From contig CBDBOV010000006.1 of NCBI GenBank assembly GCA_965208575.1, positions 128,001-192,000 on the forward strand: a DNA stretch of 64,000 nt, written 5' to 3'. Below are positions 1-10,240 of this stretch, piece after piece. Source of the stretch: Spirochaetia bacterium. GTDB lineage: Bacteria; Spirochaetota; Spirochaetia; SZUA-6; Bin103. The position numbers were made by a program, and so were the translations under genes. The notes under the pieces are model-generated. The model had not been told where the DNA came from. It searched no databases and worked only from the letters and a program-made list of their open reading frames with translations. The first letter of the stretch is position 1. Every line of letters starts with the position of its first letter.

Positions 1-47
1 TGGTTCGCACGGGAGAGCGACTCGATCCCCGAGCGGGGTTCGAGTTC

Positions 48-899
48 GTGAAAGCCAACCAGGCGCGCTGGCCGGTACGCACGATATGTCGAGTGCTGGG
101 TCTCTCCGCCAGCGGCTACTATGCGTGGGTGCACCGCGAGCCGTCGGCGCGAGAGCGGCGCGACAAACAGTTGCGGGAACGTATCACGACGATATGGAGA
201 GCCAACCGCGAGGTGTATGGTCGGCCGCGCATCCACGCCGAGTTGCAGGCTGAGAACGAGCGAGTCGGGCACAAGCGGGTGGCGCGGCTGATGAAGCAGG
301 CCGGCATCGAAGGGGCCAGTCGCCGCCGCGGGCCCAGGACCACAACGCGTGGCGCGGCGACCCGACCGGCGCCAGACTTGGTGGATCGGAACTTCACCGC
401 GGCCGGGGCCGACCAATTGTGGGTGGCCGACATTACGTACGTGCCGACGTGGGCGGGGTTTCTGTACTTGGCGGTGGTGCTGGATACCTGGAGCCGCCGG
501 GTAGTGGGCTGGTCGATGGCCGGTCATCTGCGCACGGAACTGGTGCTGGAGGCGCTGGACATGGCGCTCTGGCAGCGGCGACCCGAGCAGGTGATCCACC
601 ACAGCGACCAGGGCTCGCAGTACACCTCGATTGCGTTCGGGGTACGCTGCAAAGAGGCCGGCGTGCGTCCGTCGATGGGCTCGGTGGGCGATGCATACGA
701 CAATGCGATGTGCGAAAGTTTCTTCGCGACCCTGGAGTGCGAGTTGCTGGATCGGAGCCGATTTCGCAGCCGTGCCGAGGCGCGCTTGGCAATATTCGAG
801 TTCATCGAGGGGTTCTACAACCGTCGCCGGCGTCACTCGGCGCTGGGCTACCAGTCGCCGGTCGCGTTCGAGGCCACTCGGACAGGAGCGGCAGCATGA
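48..899 (+). CDS. IS3-family transposase OrfB (HTH_21 + rve DDE)
   Basis: Motifs YGRPRIHAEL, WVADITY, HHSDQGSQY, DNAMCESFF, YNRRRRHSALGY. Confidence 0.95.
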   Translation: MKANQARWPVRTICRVLGLSASGYYAWVHREPSARERRDKQLRERITTIWRANREVYGRPRIHAELQAENERVGHKRVARLMKQAGIEGASRRRGPRTTTRGAATRPAPDLVDRNFTAAGADQLWVADITYVPTWAGFLYLAVVLDTWSRRVVGWSMAGHLRTELVLEALDMALWQRRPEQVIHHSDQGSQYTSIAFGVRCKEAGVRPSMGSVGDAYDNAMCESFFATLECELLDRSRFRSRAEARLAIFEFIEGFYNRRRRHSALGYQSPVAFEATRTGAAA

Positions 900-1095
900 G
901 CATCGTCGTGGTGCCGATGCTGGCGCTCGGCCCCCTCCAGGGACAATATTCGTCGGCAATTGGCCCTCTCCGGACCGCTTGGCGTCCGAGTCGGCTGCAC
1001 GCGCCGACCGGCGTCGCGGTGAGCACGCAGCGCAGCGGGGATGCAGCGTCTGAGGTGCTGGACCAGGAGCCGTTACGTAACGGTGATCAGTGCCC

Positions 1096-1383
1096 ATGGC
1101 GTTGACCAATGCGCAACGCCAACGGCGCTATCGAGCGCGGCGCAAGGCGCAGCAGCCGCGAGCGCAGTACCGCCGACCGCACGACCGGCGCTCCCGACCG
1201 CAGCGCTGGCAGGATGCGGTGCGCACCCTGCTCGACCTCCAGGGAGAGTATCAAGCGTGGCTCGACAACCTGCCCGAGGCGCTCCAGGAGACCGCGCTCG
1301 GCGACAAGCTGGAGGCGATTTGCGCGCTTGATCTTGGTGCTCTGGAGAGCGTCGAGCCGCCACGCGGGTATGGGCGCGACTGA
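1096..1383 (+). CDS. Small hypothetical protein (basic N-terminal helix), passenger of the IS3 element
   Basis: MALTNAQRQRRYRARR...PPRGYGRD with coding-like composition; perfect palindrome ccgttacgtaacgg (1070-1083) just upstream. Confidence 0.65.
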   Translation: MALTNAQRQRRYRARRKAQQPRAQYRRPHDRRSRPQRWQDAVRTLLDLQGEYQAWLDNLPEALQETALGDKLEAICALDLGALESVEPPRGYGRD

Positions 1384-1968
1384 GGCAACCTGCTGCCGAC
1401 CCGTTGCGACGGCTGCATAGTTTCCAAGCGGCGCACCGCTCGCGGGTCCGTCCCCACACGGGCGCCCCGGACCGGCTCGACCGCGCCGCTCCCGGCGGCT
1501 GCAGCCCCACCCGGGCCGACATCTTGCCGGTGCGGCGCGAACTGGCGCTCTCAGCGGCCCTGTAAGGCCGCTCCTCGCGAGCAGGTGGTCCCGGATACCC
1601 TTGCTGAACCCCGAATCCTCCCTCAGGCGCTCCGTTTCGACTCCCGGCACCCGCTGTCCATGCCGCCAGCACTGATCACGGTCGTGCGATCTCCTGACCG
1701 CGCACACCGGCGCCGCTCACGGCCATCCACACCGCCACCACCCCCAGCTTGATGCGGACTTGTCCACATATCCACAGGCAAATCCCACCCCTCCCCCGGA
1801 CCCCCACCCCCTTTACCGCCACCGTTTATTTGCCGTGGAATCTCGGGAGGCGTCGTGTCGTGGGGGTCGTGGAGGCGCGGGTTGACAACCAACCGAATAC
1901 ACCTCAACCTACCATGCACTACCCCGCCACCTCAGTAGTTACCTGTCCACCGAAACGGGGCACCCTCA

Positions 1969-3508
1969 GGAGTTGTCCGCCGTCGGCCGCCTTGCGTTGC
2001 AGCAGCGAACTCAGCAGCAGTGCCAACACACAATAGAACACGTGTACGCGCAGCTTCTGATCGGTCCAGTGGAAGGTCGGCGAGAAGCTCACCCAGTGGG
2101 GATTCTTCATCTGCTTGAACGCCCGCTCCACGTGATGTTGAGCGCGGCTGGCCAAGATGATCTCCTGGTCGCTCCACGACTCGTTGTCGGTGCACAGGAT
2201 GCGTTTGCCCAAGCGCCGGCGTTGCAAGCGCTGGTACGCTGCCCAATCGGTGCGAAATCGAAAACTGAGCACGCCGTCGGATTCGCTGATCTGAACCTTG
2301 AGAATCTGCTTTACGTACTGACCCGAGGTGATCGTGTCGAAATGCTTCTGCAAGGATGCTCTGCTGTAGCCTTTGCCCTTTGCTCCCGGTAGCTGGCTGC
2401 GCGCCAGCTTGCTGCGCAAGGCGCGCAACGCAGCGCGCTTCTTGCGCAACGCGTGGTTGATCCCAGCCAGCTGCCCGTCCAGCAACCGGCGACTGTTGGT
2501 GACCACCACGGTGCGGCGCTCACCCCAGATCACCTTGTCGCTGCGGTAAGCGGTCACCCCGGCCAGCCGTGGGTCAGTGAAGGAGTGAAACCTGCCGGCG
2601 GGAACCGCCAGCAGATCCTCGTGCTGAGTCACGGTCAAGGAGGTGACGAAATGGTATGGGCCGGCTTGCAGCGCCTCGATATTCGCTCTCGAGGTGTTGC
2701 CGCCATCGAACACCAGCGTGACATCTTCGCAGTCCTGGGCCAACTGCTTGCAGCGGCTGATCAGCGTCTCGATCAAGCTCGAGAACATCGCGGCGTCATT
2801 CTGATTTCCCGGATACGGGTGTGAGAGCAGCGGAATGTGGTAGTCGCAGCTTACCAGGAGTGCCAAGCCCAGGATCCGCAGATCGGCGCGTTTGCTTTTC
2901 GCGTGGCCACGTTGTGCCAGTGCACTGACGGTGCGACTGTCGATGAACGTATCGAAGTTGGTCGCATCGAAGATGAGCGGTCGCAGATCGATCCGGTAGT
3001 GGTCGATCACCCGCTGCGCCAGTTGTTGCTCAATCGCGCCGATGGCAGCGCTGTCGAGCATGTTCATGTGATCCCAGAATCGCTGACTGGCGAGCGAGCG
3101 CTGTGCAGCGGGGAGCAGCCGATTCAACACCGTGCGTCGATACCACTGGTACAGAGAAGCCTTGCTGGAGGCGGCCACACAACGGTTCAGCGCCGCCACC
3201 AGCAGATACTGTCCGCAGGACAGTCCTTGGTCTCGCTTGGGGACCTGGGTATCGATAAGGCCCACCACATCCAACTCTTGGGCGATCTGCCAGAGCGCGG
3301 CCAACGCACCGAACTGAATGACCTTCGCCTTTGCCGGTCGGGTGGGAGCCTCACGGAGGCGCTGGAGCAACTTCTCTGCGCTGCCGAGATGTTCGAGGAC
3401 GATGGGACGTGGTTTGCCGTTGACGCGTCTGGACTCGACGATCTGCCAGTAGGTGTGCCCGCGGGAGACCTTTTTCTGGAGGGTGGCCACTGCAATCAGT
3501 GTATACAC
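1969..3508 (-). pseudogene. IS1634 transposase, C-terminally truncated
   Basis: Identical to the 10484-12202 protein up to ADGGQLL, then reads into the IS3 end. Confidence 0.9.
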
Positions 3509-3751
3509 TTAGTACGGAGACAGTCAAGGAGAACCGGCATGAGTGGGTCGGAAGGATCGAAGAGGGGATACTTCGAGTAGTATTGAGGAAGCTGTCCGGC
3601 ACGGCGCTCGATATATTCAGTGTATACACTGATCCTCTCAAGAGGAGAGTCCACTTCCGTGAACCTATCTTGTTTCATGGTAACAACTTATCTGGATGAA
3701 CCAGAGAATCCCGCGGTCAAATCAACGGGATAAGTAGGAAGGTCAGGCTAG
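1969..3751 (-). mobile_element. IS1634-family element copy 1, interrupted at its 3' end by IS3
   Basis: Near-identical inverted copy of 10241-12023; left IR ctagcctgaccttcctacttat ends at 3751. Confidence 0.9.
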
Positions 3752-3868
3752 AATAGCTGCTGACCTCTGGAAGTTGAAGGTCTCCTTCTGCCGAGCATTG
3801 AGCTTGCGGTAACAGATGCGCTTCAGAGCGATTGACATACTGACTCCATTGTTCGTACGGTTGCCGCG

Positions 3869-4255
3869 TGAGGCGGTCTTGGTTCCTTGGACAGGTCAAG
3901 GGGCAGGTTAAGGTAGAATCAGTCCGTTGTCAGCCTGCCCGGCCGTGTCTGAATAACAGGCGGCGGTCGTTATAGTAGTCGATCCATTCCGCGATCACCC
4001 AGTGCGCCTCGAAGCCGTCGGCCAGCTCGTGCAAGTACACCGCCTCATACTTCAGCGACCGCCACAGGCGTTCGATGAAGGCGTTGTCCAAGCACCGACC
4101 GCGACCGTCCATCGAGCACCGCATGCCGGCGTCCTGCAGCGTGGCCGTGAACGCGATGCTGGTGAACTGGCTGCTCTGATCAGTGTTGAACATCTCCGCG
4201 CCGCCGAAGCACTCCAGCGCCTCGGTCAACGCCTGCAGGCAGAACTCGGTGATGA
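3869..4255 (-). pseudogene. IS3-family transposase 3' fragment with terminal repeat
   Basis: FNTDQSSQFTS, SMDGRGRCLDNAFIERLWRSLKYE; IR-like tgaggcggtcttggttccttggaca from 3869. Confidence 0.85.
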
Positions 4256-4442
4256 GCCGCCACGCTTTACCGCTGATCGACCTGTACGGATTTACGTGTT
4301 CTCAGGGGTCCGGATCTGTACGCCGATCATGTACACTCTCATCGGCATATTCAGGCGCGGCAGGCCGCCTTCATCGCTGGCTGGCTGTGCGCCCGCCACG
4401 GCGCCGCCATACCGAGACACCGCGCACAAGGGAGTTGAGTGA

Positions 4443-5630
4443 GTGATTGATTCGCAGGCGCAGGTGCCGATTCGGGCCATCACGAAGGGGCCCGGTTACC
4501 ACTGGTTCGGGTACTACGACAAGCTGCAGTTCGACCCCGGCTCGCGCTACGTGCTGGCCATGGCGGTCGACTTCGAGCATCGCGCGCCGCGGCCCGGTGA
4601 CGAAATACGGATCGGCATGATCGACCTTGCGGACGGTGACGCGTGGTTGCCGCTCGGCACTACCACGGCGTGGTGCTGGCAGCAGGGCTGCATGCTGCAA
4701 TGGCTGCCCGGGTCGGCGAGCGAGGTGATCTGGAACGAACGCGCCGGCGACCGCTACGTGGCGCGCATCACCGACACCGCCACCGGCGCCAGCCGCACGG
4801 TGCCGGCGCCCGTGTACGCGCTCTCACCGGATGGCCGCAGCGCCGTCGGCCCCGACTTCCGCCGCCTCAACGACATGCGCCCCGGCTACGGCTACGAGGG
4901 CATCCCCGACCCGTGCGCGGACCAGCGCGCCCCCGAGCAGTCGGGCATCCACACCGTCGACCTGGACACCGGCGAGACCCGCCAGATCATCTCGGTGGCC
5001 GACGCCGCCTCCGTCCCCTACCCGCACGCCGACCTGTCGCAGGCCAAGCACTACTTCAACCACCTGCTGTTCAACCCCGACGGTTCGCGCTTCATCTTCC
5101 TGCACCGCTGGCGCACGCCCGGCGTGCCGGGCATGCGCACGCGCATGTTCACGGCCAACGCCGACGGCTCCGATCTGCACGTGGTGGACGACTACGGCGG
5201 CATGTCGCACTTCATCTGGCGCGACCCCGAGACCATCCTGGCGTGGTCGTGGCAGCCCTCCCACGAGGGCGCGTTCTACGTGTACCGCGACCGCACCGAC
5301 CGGGTGGAGGTGATCGGCACTCACGCCATGACCCTGAACGGCCACTGCACCTACCTGAGCGACCCGGACTGGATTCTCAACGACACCTACCCGCGCGAAG
5401 GGACGCGCACCCAGGAGCTGTACCTGTACCACGTGCCCACCGGCACCCGCGTCGAGCTCGGCGGCTTCCACGCCCCGGAGGCGTACCGGCACGAGTCGCG
5501 CTGCGACCTGCACCCGCGCTCCGACCCGAGCGGCCGCCTGGTCACCATCGACTCCGCCCACGCCGGCGGCCGCCAGCTCTACCTGCTCGACATCGCCGCG
5601 GTCACCGCGTCCATCGCCGAGCCGGGTTGA
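4443..5630 (+). CDS. Beta-propeller protein (oligogalacturonate lyase/TolB-like family)
   Basis: HWFGYYDK, WCWQQGCMLQW, FNHLLFNPDG, GHCTY, RCDLHPR motifs; strong GC3 bias. Confidence 0.75.
   Translation: MIDSQAQVPIRAITKGPGYHWFGYYDKLQFDPGSRYVLAMAVDFEHRAPRPGDEIRIGMIDLADGDAWLPLGTTTAWCWQQGCMLQWLPGSASEVIWNERAGDRYVARITDTATGASRTVPAPVYALSPDGRSAVGPDFRRLNDMRPGYGYEGIPDPCADQRAPEQSGIHTVDLDTGETRQIISVADAASVPYPHADLSQAKHYFNHLLFNPDGSRFIFLHRWRTPGVPGMRTRMFTANADGSDLHVVDDYGGMSHFIWRDPETILAWSWQPSHEGAFYVYRDRTDRVEVIGTHAMTLNGHCTYLSDPDWILNDTYPREGTRTQELYLYHVPTGTRVELGGFHAPEAYRHESRCDLHPRSDPSGRLVTIDSAHAGGRQLYLLDIAAVTASIAEPG
4971..5599 (+). repeat. Direct repeat copy 1 (~630 bp, 3' half of the propeller gene)
   Basis: Near-identical to 9244-9874. 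Confidence 0.9.
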
Positions 5631-5790
5631 CGTTAATTCTCAGAGGGCAAAATCCGGAATTTGACGGGTAGGAGCCGCGCGAATCCCGGTCCGGTCCCGA
5701 GGAGCGAATCGCGGGCGAGCCGGAGAGCCATGACGGCTCGACGCCGTTCGAATTCGGACTGCACTTCGACCCGGCGCCCGACGGAGTGAG

Positions 5791-7971
5791 CTACAACACA
5801 GCCTCGGAATCTACCCAGCGTCCCTTACTCGAACACGTAGCGCATCGCGGACCTCCTGGTGCAGTGCCGAACTGAGGAGCCTCACGCATCAAGCCGGAGT
5901 CCAGAACCCCATGGCCGAATTGCCGGGTCACTTCCTCTTTCGCTTGAAAGTGTCGGTACCTGCCGAGTCTGTGGCGCTCCTCCCTGTACCGCGCATGCGC
6001 CACCTCGGGCCAGCGTGCCGCATTCACGGCCAAGGCCCTCGTCAGCAACGCCAAGTCTCTACGGGACAGCTCCTGGCCTTCGTACGGGCCGTCCTCTCCC
6101 GTCAACTCAGCCGCCGCACTCAAGACCGAGCGAGTGGTCAACGCAGCAGCGCAACTCGTTCCGCGTGCGCGTTCGCAAGCACCCAATCCGCCACTCGCCG
6201 CCGCCACGAAGACCCCCGACCGCCTCGACTCTCTTATAACCCGCAATCGCAAGTTGTCACCCGCTGCAACCGCTCGCACGTCATGCCGGCCTCCGCTTGC
6301 CAGCAAGTCCGGCTTGATCGCCCCGAACGGGCCCGGTCCGTGTGCCGTCGAGATCGCTGGGCACGCTTCGTCCTCGTCCTGAATCACCACCTCACCTGCA
6401 CCAGGTGCCCAGCCCGGTGGTGCCAGATCTACCGACGCCGCGCCAACCGTCAAGGCGTTCAGCGCCTCAGACGGAGCCAGAAGAGTACGTTGGTGGCGAC
6501 TATCCTTCTGCGCCAACGCGACAAGCTTCTTGCGCTCCTCCAGCGTCGCATCTTCGAAGGCGATCGACGTGATGCCGGGTAGGTCCAGGTCCTGGAGCAC
6601 ATTTCCCGATGACACAACGAACAACACCCCCTCGGAGCTCGCCCACCAGTCCAGCAAACGCGCCAATGAACTGATGCGGCCGGCAAAATGCGAGCGTTTG
6701 AGACCCACTGACAGGTTGACCACGAATGCGTATGGCGCCAGCGGTTCCCGCCCGGCAAACGCGCGGCTGAGCGCAACATGCACAACATCGACAAACAGTC
6801 GGTCTTCGGGTGAAGCTGCATCGCCTTCCGCATCCACCAAGATCGGGATGCACAAAAGCCGGCTGGCCGGTACAGGAACGCCGTCCGCCACCAGATCCCC
6901 TCTCAGGATCAAGGACGCCATCGAGGTCGCGTGCCGCCGCTGTGCAACCACCGAACGGGCTACGAGATCATGAACGTCCTCGATTATCACCCCGCCATCG
7001 AGACTCCGATGCCCCGCAACGGGCGTCCCGTCGAGAAGAACCGCCCGCATGGGAGCCTCCGCATCGAACGCGGCTGGCCGATCAACACCCGGCGAGTCGA
7101 GAGGATCCGACTGATTTGGTTGCGACTGTGCGACGACCTGCGGCAGCACAAACTGGAGTCCGTCCAGTGTCGCCAGCCCTCCCGGAGCGGACGGACTCGC
7201 CATCATCTCACGGACAGCGTCGGCACTCAGCGCCGCCAACAACGCTTCGTAGATAAAGCCCTCTTCCTCGATCGAACTCCGGCTGACCACCCGTCCGCCG
7301 AGGGTCGCCACTCGCCGTTCCGTTTCCCGTCGCCACCGATCCCGACGCTCTCGGCTCCGTGTCGGCCAGACCTCCAACTCCAGCCGGATCTCCGCAGCGT
7401 CGTCACCCGCAAGACGTGCCGCCAATTCCTCTCTGGCCTCGACTGAGAACCGATCCTCCGGACCCCAAGCCCGCAAGTCGTTCAGCATGTCGAACAACTG
7501 GCGCCAAGGTGCATGTCCTTCCTCGGGCTGCTCGCCCCGTCGATAGGCTCGCCAGAGCCGACGCATCCGTTCGAACGACGCGACCGTCGGCATGGTCGCA
7601 TACAGTGTCGGCGACACCATGTCGCGGTGTTCCGCGATCAACTCCTCGTCAAGTGGGTAGTCGTCGTCGAGATCAAGCTCTGCCAGCACCTCCAATCCCA
7701 CAAGCCGGGCGGCACGGACGAAGTTGGAGATCGGGACCGCCGTGACGAAGACCAAAGCACGTTCGGGCGCGATCCCGCCCGGATCCCGTCGCAGCACGAC
7801 ATCCGGATCCTCCCCGGCAAGCGCCGCCTCCAGGCGGTCGAATTGCTCGCCCAATCGGCGCCCCTGCACCGCAGCTCCCGGCGAACGTGGCCTCGGACGC
7901 CGGTCCTGCTGCCCAGCCGTGCGCCGAGAAACTCGCCCGTCAGCCAGACGCAGAATCGGACGGTCGGTCAT
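5791..7971 (-). CDS. S8 subtilisin-like serine peptidase (IetS-like), probably C-terminally truncated
   Basis: Catalytic motifs LLDGTPV, RHATSMAS, GTSCAAA and KPDLLASGG; overlaps the upstream AAA gene; last ~20 aa look foreign. Confidence 0.85.
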   Translation of the reverse strand: MTDRPILRLADGRVSRRTAGQQDRRPRPRSPGAAVQGRRLGEQFDRLEAALAGEDPDVVLRRDPGGIAPERALVFVTAVPISNFVRAARLVGLEVLAELDLDDDYPLDEELIAEHRDMVSPTLYATMPTVASFERMRRLWRAYRRGEQPEEGHAPWRQLFDMLNDLRAWGPEDRFSVEAREELAARLAGDDAAEIRLELEVWPTRSRERRDRWRRETERRVATLGGRVVSRSSIEEEGFIYEALLAALSADAVREMMASPSAPGGLATLDGLQFVLPQVVAQSQPNQSDPLDSPGVDRPAAFDAEAPMRAVLLDGTPVAGHRSLDGGVIIEDVHDLVARSVVAQRRHATSMASLILRGDLVADGVPVPASRLLCIPILVDAEGDAASPEDRLFVDVVHVALSRAFAGREPLAPYAFVVNLSVGLKRSHFAGRISSLARLLDWWASSEGVLFVVSSGNVLQDLDLPGITSIAFEDATLEERKKLVALAQKDSRHQRTLLAPSEALNALTVGAASVDLAPPGWAPGAGEVVIQDEDEACPAISTAHGPGPFGAIKPDLLASGGRHDVRAVAAGDNLRLRVIRESRRSGVFVAAASGGLGACERARGTSCAAALTTRSVLSAAAELTGEDGPYEGQELSRRDLALLTRALAVNAARWPEVAHARYREERHRLGRYRHFQAKEEVTRQFGHGVLDSGLMREAPQFGTAPGGPRCATCSSKGRWVDSEAVL

Positions 7972-8953
7972 CGTTGCTATATCTCCCGTGTTGCACAACC
8001 CAAGCGTTTACCCGTTCCGTCACCAGAGTACGAAGGGTGATTCGGCCCTGCTCCAGCGCAATATGGCGGTGGACATCGAGAAAGAAATCATCGGCTTCCG
8101 AAAAGCTCCGCGGCGAAACCGCCGCGCGTAACCGTTTCGCGGTGTAGCCCGTTTTGTCTGGAAGCTCCTTCAGCTTCTGCGCGAAGAACTCCGTCATCCT
8201 GTCGTCGCTTGGTCGATTGAGATTCAAGCGCATCTCAAACCGCCGCCAAGTTGCACGATCAAGTAGCTCCGGATGGTTGGTTGCGCCGACCAGTACGCAA
8301 TACGACGGAAGGTCGTCGAACTGCAGGAGCAGCGTGGTCACCACTCGTTTGATTTCGCCCGTTTCGTGCAGGTCGCCTCGTTCCTTGCCGATCGCATCGA
8401 ACTCGTCGAAAAACAGAACGCAAGGCTCCGTGCGCACGAAATCGAACAGTCGGCGTAAGCGCTGGGCCGTTTCTCCCAGATAGCTCGTAACCACTGCGTC
8501 GTAGCGCACAACGAACAGCGGCAACGCCAGCTCATACGCGAGGCACTCTGCAAGTGATGTCTTCCCGTTCCCCGGCGGACCCACCAGCAGCAGTCGGTGG
8601 CGTGGTTCCATACCGTGCGCTCGCAGCACATCCGCTCGATGCTGTTCCGTGATAAGTTCCAGACACGCGTCGCGGGTACTCCGGTCCAGGAACAGCTCCG
8701 CCAAGGGCCGATGCGGTTCCCGCCTTTGGATCCCGCCCGAGCCGTCGCGCAGGCGTACGCCGCCACGGCGGGGCTGTCCTGCCATCCGGGACCGATCCGC
8801 GCTGGTGAGAGCCCTAGCGATTCGGTCAGCGACGCCCGAGTGCTTCTTGGCGCGTTCATCTGCCGCAATCGCCTCGGCGGTCTCGCGCACGGACGCCTGG
8901 TCACCAGTGACCCCAGCCCTCACCAATTCAACGATCAGATCGCTGCGCGCCAT
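7940..8953 (-). CDS. AAA+ ATPase (IetA-like) coupled to the S8 peptidase
   Basis: MARSDLI start, Walker A GPPGNGKT, Walker B LFFDEFD, GEIKRVV, ATNHPELLDRA. Confidence 0.92.
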   Translation of the reverse strand: MARSDLIVELVRAGVTGDQASVRETAEAIAADERAKKHSGVADRIARALTSADRSRMAGQPRRGGVRLRDGSGGIQRREPHRPLAELFLDRSTRDACLELITEQHRADVLRAHGMEPRHRLLLVGPPGNGKTSLAECLAYELALPLFVVRYDAVVTSYLGETAQRLRRLFDFVRTEPCVLFFDEFDAIGKERGDLHETGEIKRVVTTLLLQFDDLPSYCVLVGATNHPELLDRATWRRFEMRLNLNRPSDDRMTEFFAQKLKELPDKTGYTAKRLRAAVSPRSFSEADDFFLDVHRHIALEQGRITLRTLVTERVNAWVVQHGRYSNDDRPSDSASG

Positions 8954-9243
8954 GTTTGACCTGCCTCACCCGCACTCACAACTCTACCACCCCACCAAGC
9001 AGGCGGCAACCGATACGTCGAATACTCGCCCGATTTCAGGCATTGTGCAACCGTATTCTCGAATTCTCTACGCAACTACCGCTCGGAGGTGACCAACAGG
9101 ATCACCAGCGGATAGCTAGCGAAGGTACCACGTAGCGGCTCCCGCCCCCTAGCGGCGGCGGGGCTGCGCGCGGGACGCTGCTGGTAGGCGGCGCGAACGG
9201 GTCGACGCTGGCGGCGAAGAGCGACGCTATCACGGTGAGGGTG

Positions 9244-9896
9244 GGCGAAATCCGCCAGATCGTCTCGGTGGCCGACGCCGCGGCGGTCGCCTACCCGCAC
9301 GCCGACCTGTCGCAGGCCAAGCACTACTTCAACCACCTGCTGTTCAACCCCGACGGTTCGCGCTTCATCTTCCTGCACCGCTGGCGCACGCCCGGCGTGC
9401 CGGGCATGCGCACGCGCATGTTCACGGCCAACGCCGACGGCTCCGATCTGCACGTGGTGGACGACTACGGCGGCATGTCGCACTTCATCTGGCGCGACCC
9501 CGAGACCATCCTGGCGTGGTCGTGGCAGCCCTCCCACGAGGGCGCGTTCTACGTGTACCGCGACCGCACCGACCGGGTGGAGGTGATCGGCACGCACGCC
9601 ATGACCCTGAACGGCCACTGCACCTACCTGAGCGACCCGGACTGGATTCTCAACGACACCTACCCGCGCGAAGGGACGCGCACCCAGGAGCTGTACCTGT
9701 ACCACGTGCCCACCGGCACCCGCGTCGAGCTCGGCGGCTTCCACGCCCCGGAGGCGTACCGGCACGAGTCGCGCTGCGACCTGCACCCGCGCTCCGACCC
9801 GAGCGGCCGCCTGGTCACACCATCGACTCCGCCCACGCCGGCGGCCGCCAGCTCTACCTGCTCGACATCGCCGCCGCACTCGACTCGATCCGGTAA
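9244..9896 (+). pseudogene. Duplicate 3' half of the beta-propeller gene, frameshifted
   Basis: Copy of 4971-5599 lacking the 5' half; 2-nt insertion (ggtcacaccatc vs ggtcaccatc) near 9817. Confidence 0.9.
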
Positions 9897-9919
9897 CCGC
9901 ACGGCTCCCCGCGCCTCCC

Positions 9920-10115
9920 CGCGCATCATCATCTCCACCGGGCTGTACGAGAACGTGGTCAAGATCGACGACCACACCGTGCGCATCGAATACAGCAAGC
10001 CGTCCGACAACCTGTTCTGGGTGCACTTCGGCAAGGCGGTACCCGCTCACCAGAAGAAGTACTCCAGCCAGTTCCACCCCGAGTTCCGGGACAAGGACGA
10101 GCTGGAAGCACTGGT
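9920..10115 (+). pseudogene. Internal fragment of an ABC substrate-binding protein gene
   Basis: Near-identical to ~18211-18406 (RIIISTGLY...RDKDEL). Confidence 0.9.
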
Positions 10116-10240
10116 AACCTGCTCACCTTTGCAAGCATCCGGAGGGGCTTTTCTTTTCCCAGCTCCTACCGTGCCCAGATTCCCCGCTCAACCACCTCGC
10201 AATCCGTGCCCGTGCTCAGGCGCGTCCATAGCAAGCTCGC

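Larger units (their letters stand above)
1..1968 (+). mobile_element. IS3-family element (left end outside window) with ~1 kb passenger region, inserted into an IS1634 transposase
   Basis: OrfA tail at 1-51 and OrfB at 48-899. IS3-type terminal repeat tgtccaccgaaacggggcaccctca (1944-1968) sits exactly where IS1634 copy 1 stops matching copy 2. Confidence 0.75.

Noticed and set aside
5631-5790. AT-richer junction gttaattctcagagggcaaaatcc as an IS end
   Set aside because: No partner inverted repeat or transposase found
4971-10115. DGR template/variable repeat pairs
   Set aside because: No reverse transcriptase; the differences are few and not adenine-specific
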